Positions 52,190 through 64,000 of a stretch of 64,000 bases of DNA are shown here, piece by piece; position 1 is the first letter of the stretch; every line of letters starts with the position of its first letter. The notes beneath the pieces are model-generated. The model worked only from the letters and a program-made list of their open reading frames with translations. It was not told the origin of the DNA and searched no databases. The DNA comes from Glaucostegus cemiculus (lineage: Eukaryota), in assembly GCA_976551045.1 (NCBI GenBank), contig CDPCPM010000137.1:1302001-1366000 (forward strand), given 5' to 3'. The position numbers and the translations under genes are program-made.

Positions 52190-52975
52190 GATCCTGAGAG
52201 GTCCTGATTTGGTAGATGTGAAGATCATGGCCCCTCTTGTGAGAGAATCTAAAATAAAGGGTAAGACATATGAACTGATTATTTTTCCCTCTCAGTGTTG
52301 TGGGTCTTCAGAACATTCTTCAGAGTCTTTGAATATTTTGAGGGAGAGTAGATGGGTACTTAGTAAGTAAGGGGTGAAAGATTAACATGGGTAGATGGGA
52401 ATGTGAAGTTGCAGTTACAATCAGATCAGCCATGAACTTATATGATTTTATTACAGGTGAAAGGATGCAGAAAAGACTCATAAGGATGTTGTCAGGACTG
52501 GAGGGCTTTAGTTATAGGGAGAAACCAGATAGGCTGGATCTGTGCCCCCTGGAGCGAAGGAGGCTAAGGGGTGGCCTTAAGAAGGTTTATAAAATCATGA
52601 GGGGCAAAAAAAGGTGGATTCTCACAGTCTTTTTCCCAGAATAGGGAGGTTTAAAACTAGAGGGCATGGGTTTAAGGTGAGAGGGGAAAGATTTAAAGGG
52701 GGCACAGAGGAGCAAGTTTTTCAACACAAAAGGTGGTGCCAGATGGAATGAGCTGCCAGATGAAGTGGTAGAGGTGGGTATGATTACATTTAAAAGATAT
52801 TTGGTTAGGGACAAGGATAGGAAAGATTTAGAGGGATATGAACCAAATGGGATTAGCTCAGGAAGACACCTTGGTTGGCATGGATGAGTTAGACCAAAGG
52901 GCTTGTTTCCCAGCTGTATGTCTCTAAATGGCAAAGCTGGTTTGAGGGGACAAGTGACCTACTGCTCCTAGTTCG
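52190..52975 (+). mobile_element. Nested CR1 3' ends
   Basis: ERMQKRLIRMLSGLEGFSYREKPDRLDLCPLERRRLRGGLKKVYKIMRG (younger, ~52455-52927) inside an older CR1 tail. Confidence 0.88.
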
Positions 52976-55002
52976 TATGAAGATACATTCTCAATCAGGG
53001 ATAAGTCCAAGTTGAAGTATAAAGCATTATCAAATGGCACACTTCTGCCATTGCACACTTGCACTTCTTATTTAAGAGCTTTGTGAACATTTTCTATGAC
53101 ATATGTCAATTTGAGTGAAGTCTTGGATACAAGCAGGAGGTGGTCAAATCTTGCAGGGACTACAAATCCAGGAGGTCAATGTGCTATTTTTTTAAATTTA
53201 CTGACTGAGTGAATACTGAGTAAATTACAGTGTAAGCAAATCGAAGATCAAAATCAACTCACTACATAATGTGACTGAATTAAGTTTTGTTTATTACCTC
53301 TGGAGTAGATGTTGTGTTTAATCCCAGAACTCTAGGTTCTTGTTAAGACCTTTATTAGTCACATGTACATCAAAACACACAGTGAAATACATCTTTTGCG
53401 TAGTGATTTTGGGGGACAGCCTGCAAGTGTTGCCACACTTCCGGCACCAACATAACATGCCCATACCTTCCTAACCTGTACATATGTTAGATGGACTTTA
53501 ATAAATGCAGTTTTTATTGCATCTTTTCACTCTACATGTGGAAGAAGAAAGTGCTCTGAGTTATAAAGGACAATAAGATTTCCCCAATCCCCACCATTTT
53601 TAATACTTCTGACATTGTCAACACCTGTTACCATGCCCTAACATATCAAAATAAGAGCACAATCCAAAGGTATTCCTTTGGTAAATCATTGCAGGGACAC
53701 AAAGAAACAACTTGTTCATATGTGCTTCAAAGTATATTTTAAATAATCTAGGAAGTTCCATCAAAACATTGTCCACTCAGTGAGAGGGCAGGCAGGCATA
53801 TACTATTTTACCAATGGTAAGAAGAACTACACATTTGCAGCAAAGAGAAATATGTTTTAAAGATCTGCCAATATTCTTTCCCCTTTACTCCTTTCTCTAG
53901 GGATTCTGCTTCTTTGGAATACAGCTGAAGGGGTTCTGCACCCACTCAGATACTTCCTGACCTTTATTCATGTGTGCTTTGATGGTAAGCACTGACAAAC
54001 CACTTTACAGCAAAACTTGATTCTAAGCCCACCTGAGATCCCAAGATATACATTTTCAGGTCAATGGTAAACAGCTGTAGCAAGTCTGTCCATTTTTTTG
54101 GCTCACTAACCTGAGATGTCATGATCATTCGTAGTACTTTTTTCACAGCTGACTTAAATGATCTAACACTATGGAGGTAGGAATGATCTTGAAATCTCCT
54201 TATTTTGTAATGTTTAATGACTTCCTGAATAAAGTTGCCACATCATTGAGGAATATGTTTAGTTTCTAGTTTCCAAAACAAATCAAAAATTTGGTCACTG
54301 TGGAATGAAATGATGAGAATAACGTTACATTTCACAGTTCAACAAATCTGTATCTATCCAAAATAAAAGATATGATCTCTGACAAGTTGCATTTAAAATC
54401 AGAAGTTAAATCTGAGTTCAGTGCAGAACAGAATAATTTGCACAAATGACACCAGCTCGAGTCTGTTCATTTGGGATATGGTTCAAACTTGTACTGTAAA
54501 AAAAACTTTTGTTGGTGTTGAAACACTATTGGTAACTTAAGATGCAGCTATTCTACCTTTGACACGTTAATGCATATAAATACACAAGAAAAAGAATCCA
54601 CTTTACTTGTCCTCACCCAGCATCAAAGGGACAACAGTGGGTCAGTTACCCTTTAATCCATTGCTTGGTTTTCCCTTCCATAGACTTTGTCAAACAGCCA
54701 AAGTCCATATAAATCTTAGACCAGAGTTACCATTGATTCCATAGTCTATTACCAGTCTTATGTAGTTGATCAAGTTGTATTACAGATGCAAATCAAATTT
54801 AGGAAACTGATCTATATGCATCATAACTGCATAGTGCTCAACTACTAAACATTAGAATTTTTATAAAAGGGTACTTCTAAATATCAAAATGCAAGCTCCA
54901 AATAAGATTAGCTTTATGTATTGTGATGTCCATTTGGTTGCAGCAAAGTCTTTATTTTGATTATATCATGCCAAGCACAGGATTAGGGCAGAACAAACTA
55001 AA

Positions 55003-55190
55003 GTATTGTAGAAACTTGAAATCTGAAGTAAATAAGAAGATGCTTGAAAATTCATCAGGTCATACAGCATCTGTGGAAATAGTAACAATTAACAGTTCTG
55101 ATGAAGGGTCTCAGACTGGAAACAATACCTATTTCTCTTTCCTCAGACCTGCCTGACCTGCTGCAATTTTCCAGCATTTTATTTTTAATC
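55003..55190 (+). mobile_element. Penelope-type fold-back relic with CTGATGA hammerhead core
   Basis: Inverted arms around cagtt CTGATGA (55098-55104) agggtctcagactg GAAA (55119-55122); right arm ctgcctgacctgctg..ttccagcattt as in the other copies. Confidence 0.6.
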
Positions 55191-55989
55191 ACAGTATTTG
55201 GACTACTGTTCTTGCAGATTAGAAACATCACATGGGTTGAGTGTTCCCTTTGCTTCTTTGTAATTTCACTACGAAGTGGATCGTGTAGTGTCAGAAGGAT
55301 TGTCAGTGCAAGTCCCATTGTGGTCAAAGTTATTGCAAGAATATAAGTTTGCTCTTTGGTGTGTCATCATGTGATACTTTGATACCTGACAAGCATAAAG
55401 AAAATTCAGCAGCAGTAAGCTGCTAGCAGTCTGCATACAATGAAAAGGTAATTGAAGGCTTAATTAAGTGTTATCAGATAGCAAGTTACAACATATCAGA
55501 ATTATGCAGAACCATAATTTAAGAAATTGCACACATTTCTTTTAGTATTTGAGCTGGGAAAGTAATATTTCGTAATGCATTTAGTTTTAGGAGACAAACA
55601 TTTATTGGGCTCCCTAGAGGAAAATGTTTTGCAATTCTTTTTTCCTGTGGTGGAATTCTAAGACAGTTGAAATTTGAGACAAACTTTTACTCTTTAGTTA
55701 CAGTAGGGAATCGACAGGTATGGTGTTGTGGTGCAGATTAGCCAAGAGCTAATACAATAGCAGAGTGTATTCAACGGGCTGAGTGGCCTGCTTCTGTTGG
55801 AGTTCCTATTCTAGCCTGAAAGCACTTAAATGGATCGTTTCCATTGATGAAATACCTTAGGAACAAAACTGAAACAAACTTGCCTTCCAGCCCAGTAAAG
55901 TTATTTTGGAAAGAGATACCTGAATAAAACCCTAGTGCCTTGTAAAATGTAAGCTTCAGTATGCACTCTTCATTTGAATTGTTCCAAGT

Positions 55990-56900
55990 TAAACGCACTT
56001 TGAAAGGATTCAGGGTATTGCCGCATTATTGCAAACGCAAAAGAAATGTTTTAAATAGGATCCAAATACCGAACGTTGTTTTTTTCAGTTGGTCATTTGA
56101 ATGTAATTGTTTTGCGAGGGTTGGACGGGAGAGAAAACTGGAAGATTTTAATGGTATAAATCGAGATGACTTCGTTCTTCCCCTCCCTCCGAGGCTTACC
56201 TTCTCCAAATGCGCCCGATGAACAAACTCTTGCCCCAGCCCCGGGTGTTGGAGAGCGAGGACTCCACTGAAGCCCGGCCCCAGGGTGGGCGTTGAGTGGT
56301 TTAAGGGCGGAGTCTCATCTCCTGTTAAAGCTGGGAGACTTTGGAATAGTTTTTAACTATTAACATTGTTTTAATTTAACTTTAATTCAAGTATTATTTA
56401 AAACACTAATAAATAATTTAAATCAATAAAATATAGTAAAATGAGTAACAAAATAAATAATCACTTTTTTCCCCCTCCTAGCCTCTGCTATTACCTCCGA
56501 AGTTGTGAATTCCCCATTCAAGTGAATAGGGACAGTTTAGGATCGCGGAATCAGATTCCCGAGTGTAATAGGCTGACATTCGTCACTCAGTTGGACCTGG
56601 ATGGTTGGTGGGTCTGCACCAACCTGACTGGGGCTGAAGGCTTTTGGAAGCACCAGCCATGGGCGGTATGATTCGGTCCAAAGAACTTCTGCAGTTTAGT
56701 AACTGAGGTTAGGGTATCCGACAGGTAAACCTTGGAGGAAACCTGTCTTTTGGGGCTAAATTTTCAAGTGAACGCTCCTTGGCGAGGGAAGTCACGCGTG
56801 TTTAGTGTCCAGATTTCACCACACGGGCCTAGTGTGGGTGGATGGCAGGAGAACTGTGGAGACGGGAGTTGACAGGCCCGCGAGTGAGGTTAGGTTACAG
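55990..56900. promoter_or_regulatory. Second CpG-retaining island, promoter-like on the minus strand
   Basis: Local CG enrichment; Sp1 box GGGCGGAGT 56305-56313; the minus strand reads TTAAA (56304-56300), TTCAGT Inr-like (56271-56266), then donor AAG|GTAAGC at 56200/56199. Confidence 0.55.
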
Positions 56901-56989
56901 CGATACAAGTGGGGGAATCAGATTGATGGGATTATGCTGTGAGCTGGAATAGACTCAATGGGCCAAATGGCCTCCTCCTATGTGAAAAG

Positions 56990-58710
56990 AAACTACAAAA
57001 AACTGGAACATGAGGGGGCAAAGAGTGGGAAGAATTTCTTAAGTGTGTATAAGGGAACTTTCTTGACTAGTAAGTTTCTAACCAATGAGAAGGTGGCATG
57101 GGTGGATTTGGTTCTGGAAAATGAGCCAGATCAAGTGATCAGTGGAAGCATGGCTAAGAAATAGTGACCCTGATGTCATAAGCTTTAGAACTGATGTGGA
57201 ACCGGATATAGATTACTCCAAGGTAAGAAAAATGAATTGAAGAATGGCTATTTCAATGGGACAAATCAAAACACATTGCCCTGGGTAAATTGGAATCAAA
57301 GTCTGACAGGCAAAACTATTTGAACAAAAGGGATTGGAAATCAAACTAGGGATATTGCTATGAAGGAGAAAGACTGGGAAATTAAAGCCAAATGAACAAA
57401 GGGAGAGAGAGTAAAATAGAGTAGTAAAGAAAGAGCATATGACAAATGCCAGTTGTTAACACAAGGGCAAACTAGGCCTATTACATAAAATTCAGGAAGG
57501 AAGAGGAAATAAGCAAGAACATGAGAAACAACTAGCATCAAATATAAAAGAGGGTCCAAAGATGTTTTGTAGGCATGTGGTCAAGAAAAGGATGATTAGA
57601 GAAGAGGTGGGGCTTGTCAAAAAGATCAGCTCAGGGAACGTGATTAGGTATTATGTTAATACCTTAAATTGGTTTTTACCAAGGGATAAGATGCTGCTGA
57701 AAGTTCTGTAAAGGAAGGGGTAACTGAAAATCTGTTTGAACTGAAAATTGATAAAGGGGAAATATGGAAAGGATAGTTGTGCTTAAAGTGGATAAATAAT
57801 CTGGTCAAATTGGTATGCATTCTAGATTACTGATGGAAGTGAGTGAGGAAATTGCAAATAATGTATAGATACTGGGAGTTGTTGCCAGATGACTAAACAA
57901 TTGCAAATATTACACCCTTGTTCAACAAAGGGTGTAGGAATAATAGTCAAATATATGTTGCTGATGGGGAAAATTTTAGAAAGAATAATCAAGTATTACT
58001 TTGGCACTCTCTTGGACAAGTGCGGATTGGTGAGAGAAATCAAGCATGATTTGCTAATCACAAATTATGTCCCTCTTAATAGAGTTTTTAATGAAGTAAA
58101 GAGGGTAACAAAGAAAATGCATTTGATGTGGGGGCGATGGTCTTGAAAAAGGAAGTTTAATAAGGTGCTGTGTAAGGTGATCATCAAGACAAGGCTATTG
58201 TAAGATGAATTAAAAGTTGGCTAAGAACAGGATTCAGAAAGTAGTAGTAATGGGTATATTTGTTTTGGGCTAGAGAGAAGTGTACAGTGGAATTTCCCAG
58301 GGGCCAGTACTTGGAGCTTTTCTTAGTATATGTTAATGATTTGGACTTGGATGTAGAGGAGACAATTTCCAAAATTTGGAGGGAATGATACTCAGATTGA
58401 TATTTGGCATTCCAAGGATTGCAGTAGAAAGAGAAATTGCATAATGGGGGTTGTATGTTCTGGAAATTAAAGCATTAAGGGAAAAGTTAATCAAAGTCAC
58501 ATGATATTATAGGGACCTGAAGAACTAAACAAAGGAAAGGTACTTATGTTAGTCGGGGAATCAAGTACTGGGACCATAACTACAAATCACAGCAAGACCT
58601 TTAGGGAGTGAAGTTAGGAACTGCATCAATATGCAAAAGTTGTCGAAGTATTGAACTCTCTTTGATAAGTGGCAATTGATGTTTTTCTCAATTGTAGAAT
58701 TTAAATGTGC
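56990..58710 (+). mobile_element. Decayed CR1 LINE ORF2
   Basis: VDLVLENEPDQV (endonuclease end), cttaaagtggataaa (LKVDK), ccaggggccagtacttggag..tatatgttaatgatttggac (PQGSVLG..YINDL-like). Confidence 0.85.
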
Positions 58711-61410
58711 TTAGGGCAAACAAACTGTGAACCAGTGTAAATAATTACAGAGAATCCAGCACACAGTGGCACTAAGCACAAACCACACATTAAATTCTGT
58801 GATGTGTAACGGTATTTCATTTGATTCCAGCCAGGTTAATCTGATATCTGAGTGAAATCTCCAGACTGAAGTGTTCAGGAGAGACATTTCGCTGGAGTCT
58901 TGACAATCTGGCAGGTAAAAAGAGTCCCGGCCCTGTTGCTGTGTGTGTGCTGTTTGGCCATGTTCACTGGCAGGGTGGCAGAAGGGGAGGGGGTGTCCTA
59001 AACTTGACTTTTAACAGAAATTTGACTTTGCATCCATGAGCACACAAGTTTGAAAGCTTCATCAACAAAATAAAAATAAGATGCTTATTTCTACTGTCGC
59101 TTCTGATTTGTGAAGTTGTTGGAGCTTTTACTCTAAGTATTTGGATTGAGATCATATTATCTTTTGTCACAATCCAGAAACTAGGTTAGCTAATAGTCGG
59201 CACCAATTGCGGATTTGCTATTAGAACTTTTTTGAATTCTGAGCCAGGGCACATTGCCAGCAAAGGTAAGGCATGACAGATAAAGCGCCTCACTTGTTCC
59301 TAACAACACAGTATCTGTCTTTGCAAAACTGAAGGGTATTAAGGAACTTTTGTTTAATGCTTTCAGATTTAGGTAAAAAGAAATATGAGAGCCATTTCCA
59401 CAGTAATTCACATACCCTTTGATTGTATTCCTTGAAACCTAGTCCAAGTTTAATCCATTTAGTCTAGACCTAGCTTGGTGTTGTGGTTAGAAATTTAAGC
59501 TCTAAGTCACAGTTCTTTTATCAAAAGTAAGACATAAAGATATAAGAAAATCCATAGAAGTGTGGTATTGATAGTTTGGTCTTGTTGCCTTGGGGTTTAA
59601 TTTGACTCCCCCATTTGCTGTCGTAGTGTTTTGCTGTTCATTTTGTGTGTGTCAAACATGAAATATGACAACAGTTTGACTCTCTTAGATACTCAATTAT
59701 CATTCTTGCCATAAAGGAAATTCATTTAGTTGTAAATTTGTCATTAGACTTCATCAAAACCAGCAAAGTCAGAGTTACGTGTTCAGTCAGTATTGTTTAT
59801 CTTGGTGTGCAACAGCAAACTTTGTGTATTTCATTTCTGAAACAAAGGTTGGCATTTCCTTCAAGTGCACCATTTGCAATTTCTTGTCATATCTTGTGAT
59901 CTTACTTCACAGTTAGCCAGCCCTGTGATCACAGGCCCTTATTTACTAATGGGAGCTTTTTTTCTTACCTGTTTCCAATAAACATTTTAGAGAAATGCCA
60001 ACGTATCATCTTACATTTATACAGAAGCGCCCACTCTTTCACAGCAAACAGGGATTCATATAGGGGAAAAATGGATAGATGGCTTTCTCTCACGTCTTTG
60101 CACCTTCCGCCCTCTTACTTGTTTCTGGATGTGCTTAAATGGGTAACGCAGTCTTCATTTGTACCCTTACAGATGCTTTTGATAAAGTAGCTTGCCGCTA
60201 TTGCAAGGGCCTAACCCATGCAGGAACACCATCTGGGGAAGACCACAAAGCTTTGGCCTGTCTTTTCTGTGAATGTTTCTTATGGATATGATTTACTTTG
60301 AATAAAATTTCAGCAAGAAGACGTAAATAAGTACTCAAAAAAAAATTAACAAGTCCAGATGGGGGTGGTGAGCTGCAGTTATTCTTGTGGGGGAAAAGAT
60401 GCGCTGTTATGTGGGGATTGAATCATGTGTTTTGTAATTGAAGAGTTTTACTTCTGTCTCAATTATTGAAATCCTACACATACTGAAAAAATTCCAAGAA
60501 CAATTTTCCTAACCAACATATCATTGTAAAAATGAATACATTTTAATTCTTTTCTGATCTGTTTCAAAAACCAAGGCAGAAACTTTGATAAGGCACATTT
60601 CCACTTTGACTGTAGTGTTGCTCACCTTTTATGGAACTGCTATTAAAGCCACAATTAACATACTTGGAGATTGTGATGATGGTGCTTTATCCACCTTTGA
60701 CATGGTCACGCATGCCATACTCCTCCATGCTACTTTACCAGTATTCTACTTAATGGGACTGACTTGGATGAGATACAATTCCTTCTGGTTAAACATTGGT
60801 GAAAACTAAACCACCGTTTATGCTTCTGCTGTGAAGCATAAACATTTTCATAGCTGCTTGTTTTGTCCCACTTCCTGGCTGATGTCTTAGGGAAACCCTA
60901 GATTTCTTAATCAGAACCACTCCAATCTTTATCCTCCTTGAACTTCAGCTCATCCAAAAGTCTGGTGGTGATTTGCTTATAGACAGATTTCTTTCAGAAG
61001 GTTTTATTTTGAATACAATTTGAACAATCTGAAACATATGGTAAATGTGGCATAGTTGGTAGGACTGGGTGGTCTTGAACCTCAGATTTAGTTTTTCACC
61101 ATTAGGTTTCTCCTTGCCTTGTGTCTGGATCTGCTATAGACTAATCGATAAAGACTGTTTGCAATGATTAGACTGCAAATTCTTCGTTGTATCCTGGGGT
61201 AATGAGGGTAATAGGTTAACTAGACAGGTCTTTTTTGTCCAGCAGTTCTATGACATTATGCCACACGAAGAACCCCATCATCCCTGATTACATTGGCTCT
61301 CAGGATCTTCCAATTAAATTATCATCCTTGTGCTTTTCCCTAGCTACGTAACTTCCTTCAAAACTAGAAATTTCCTCTCAGTCAGAGTTTTAATGCCCAA
61401 TCCCATGGAA

Positions 61411-62376
61411 CTCTTCTGGGCTTTCATGGTTCTGCAGTCATCTGGGTCATACATCAGTTGCTACTTAGGTGACAAGGTTCTCACTACACTGCCTAATATA
61501 AAACACAGTATGAGGACAAGGACTTAAGTTTGGGAAGGAATCTGATGAAGCTCTAGTAGTTCTGTATTGGTATTGGTTTATTATTGTCACTTGTACCAAG
61601 GTACGGTGAAAAGCTTGTCTTACAAACTGATTGTACAGGTCAATTCATTACACAGTGCAGTTACATTGAGTTAGTACAGATTGCATTGATGTAGTACAGG
61701 TAAAAACAATAACAGTACAGAGTAGAGTGTCACAGTTACAGAGAAAGTGCAGTGCAATAAGGTGCAAGGTCACAACAAGGCAGATCGTGAGGTCATTTTG
61801 GTAGTTTTGGTAGATACCATACAATCAAACAATTGAAGGTTGATAGAATTATTAAATTCTACCAATATATTTGCAAGTTGTTCATTATTAGTATTCTTAA
61901 ATCAGAAACAAAGGCAGACATATTAGGTTATGTGAAAGCCTAGTCAGAAAGATGGGTTTTAAGGAGCAGATGGAGAGGGAGCAAGATATGGGGAAGGAAT
62001 TTCAGAGTGCACCCTGAATGCTGAAGCAAAGCATGAAAATGAAGAGTTGGTTAATGTCAAATCAATAGTGTACACAATATTTAAAGTTCTTGATTTTGTT
62101 GTTTTTAAAAATCTGAATTCTGTTATATAAAACTGAACAAAAAATACATGTACAAAAGATTGTCAACTACAAATTTAATTTCAACTTTTAATTGTTCAAT
62201 TGCCTAGTATTCAATAAAGTTACAGAACCACCAGAGCTTCATAAGATTTCCCCCTGGCCTTGTGAACTTGTCCTTATCTTGTGTTTTATGTTGTGTAATA
62301 TATGGAGACCCCTGTCATCTAAGTAGCAATTGGTCTGTGACTCAGCTCACTGAAGAACCATGAAAGCCTAGAAGTG
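61411..62376. repeat. Long imperfect inverted repeat (MITE-like), left arm interrupted by a retroposon tail
   Basis: 61411-61566 is an imperfect reverse complement of 62221-62376; pairing continues at ~61801-61850 versus ~62175-62222. Confidence 0.8.
61565..61797 (-). mobile_element. Young retroposon 3' tail, copy 3 (longest)
   Basis: Near-identical to 47002-47190 and 2204-2295. Confidence 0.85.
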
Positions 62377-63409
62377 TCACATTTTTTATTTTACTTTTCT
62401 AATATCAAACGTCAGATTTGGTGCACACAGCAAGCAGCCTTCAAAATCCTGAGTAGTGAAATTATGACACTTGGCTTGTGCTGTTGAGCATTAAGTATAC
62501 AGTGCCATCAAAAACAATGCCAAGCCTCCAATGGAAGCATGAAACTTGGTGGAATGAATAGGTGAGCACTGGGGGAAGGAATGGATTGGAGGGAAATCCT
62601 AATAACCCCAGGCCTTGGTTGTCTTATGTATATCCAGGCAGTGTTGAAGGTGCAGTGCTTAAGTTACCAGACCAGAAACTTGGAACTTGCAATCCAGAGA
62701 TGTGGGTTCATATTCCGTGATGCAGTTGTAAATTTAAATTCAATTAACAATATAGAATTAAAACAATGTAATTACCCTTAGTAATGAAACTCACAAAAAT
62801 ACTAATTCATAATACATCTGGTTTATTATGGCCATTGCAAAAGAGAAAATTGTCATTCTCGTGTTTGGAACCTGATCTATATATGACCTGACCTGCTGCA
62901 ATGGGTTGAATTTTATATGCACTGTCAAGCCTCTTATTGTTATTATAACTACTACATTAATGTAGAAAATTATATCAACCTTGGCACCCAATTTGGACAC
63001 AATAGAGTCAACCATACAAAATCCTCCTTGTAAAAATGTTCCTGTAAGTTAGAATGATGTCTAAATTGGAAGAACTGTTTGACAGAGTAATTGACCAACT
63101 GCCTTCACAGAATCACACTTTATAGATACCATGCCAGACTCCTTCATTACAATCCCTAGGTAACCCTGTACCACTAAGCAGGCCACACCACTAAGGGGGA
63201 GGTTTGTTATTGGGTGGGGGGGTGGGTTGCGTGGACATGTGCGGCACAGCAGTATACAAGTGGAAGGAGTAGCCCTGGGAGTCATCAGCATTGACATCAG
63301 ATCCTGTGAAAGGTCATGACATCAGTTTAAACGCAGATAAGAAAACCTGATTACCACCCACCATCCTCCTCCAGATGACGATTCAGTGCTCCTCCATGAT
63401 GAACAACAC

Positions 63410-63870
63410 TTAGAACATAGAACAATACAATACAGGAACAGGCCCTATGGCCAATGATGTCTGTGCTGAACATGATGCCAATTGAAACTAATCCCATCTG
63501 CCTGCACATGGCCTATATCATTCCATCCTCTACCTGTTCATGTTCCTATCTACATGCCTCTTAAATATATCTTCTTCCACTACCTCTCCTGGTAGTGCAT
63601 TCAAGCACCTACCATGCTCTGTGTTTAAAAAAAAATTGCCTCGTAAATCTTTAAACTTCTCTCCTCTCACCTTAAAGTCTGTGCCCTCTAGTATTTAGTA
63701 TTTCCATCCTGAGAAAAAGACACTGACTATTTACCCTATCTATGCCTCACATAATTATGTATACTTCTATCATGTCACTCCTCAGCCTCCAACACTCCAA
63801 GAAAAAACAATCCAAATTGGCCCAACCTCTCCTTACTGCTAATACCCTCTTATCCAGGAAACAGCCTGGA
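63410..63870 (-). mobile_element. CR1 LINE 3' end
   Basis: tagaacatagaacaatacaatacaggaacaggccc tail and ctatctatgcctcacataatt.tgtatacttctatca antisense CR1 C-terminal coding sequence. Confidence 0.88.
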
Positions 63871-64000
63871 AGAAGCACAAAAAAATAGCAAGGCTCAGAA
63901 TGTACTCTGAATGAGGGACTTCAATGTCAATCACTAAGGGTGACAGTAGCAAAACCACTGGCTGAATCCTGAAAGCCACAGTTATCTGACTGGGTCTGTT

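Noticed and set aside
33230-58710. Active autonomous LINEs
   Set aside because: All CR1/L2 copies contain multiple stops and frameshifts; only short ORF fragments remain.
27000-64000. Exons of expected neighbours such as FBLN2 or HDAC11
   Set aside because: No EGF-like Cys patterns or deacetylase motifs seen in the ORF track or by eye; short exons could have been missed.

Overview
AT-rich vertebrate genomic DNA; the repeat families suggest a cartilaginous fish, probably a batoid (ray/skate/sawfish), which is an inference. The only protein-coding gene I can support is a complete four-exon Wnt7a on the + strand: 6385-6455, 8087-8313, 10308-10579 and 26466-26945 (1050 nt, 349 aa, canonical GT-AG sites, compatible phases). 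It has a CpG-rich 5' region and an AU-rich 3' UTR. The rest is mostly decayed transposons: many CR1 and L2 LINE pieces, tRNA-type and Deu-domain SINEs, two PIF/Harbinger transposase relics in intron 3, and a family of Penelope-type terminal repeats with minimal hammerhead-ribozyme cores. Best leads: (1) a 525-bp TSD-flanked insertion with two hammerhead motifs exactly 380 nt apart (retrozyme-like); (2) a Harbinger transposase interrupted by an inverted copy of its own 5' part, giving a ~140-bp hairpin in the Wnt7a pre-mRNA; (3) an orphan CpG-rich promoter-like element at ~56.2 kb pointing back toward Wnt7a, with candidate non-coding exons; (4) Wnt7a protein features (Reck-binding linker, extra sequon, Wnt7b-like residues). 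Repeat boundaries are approximate, family names are by-eye recognition, and no searches were run.
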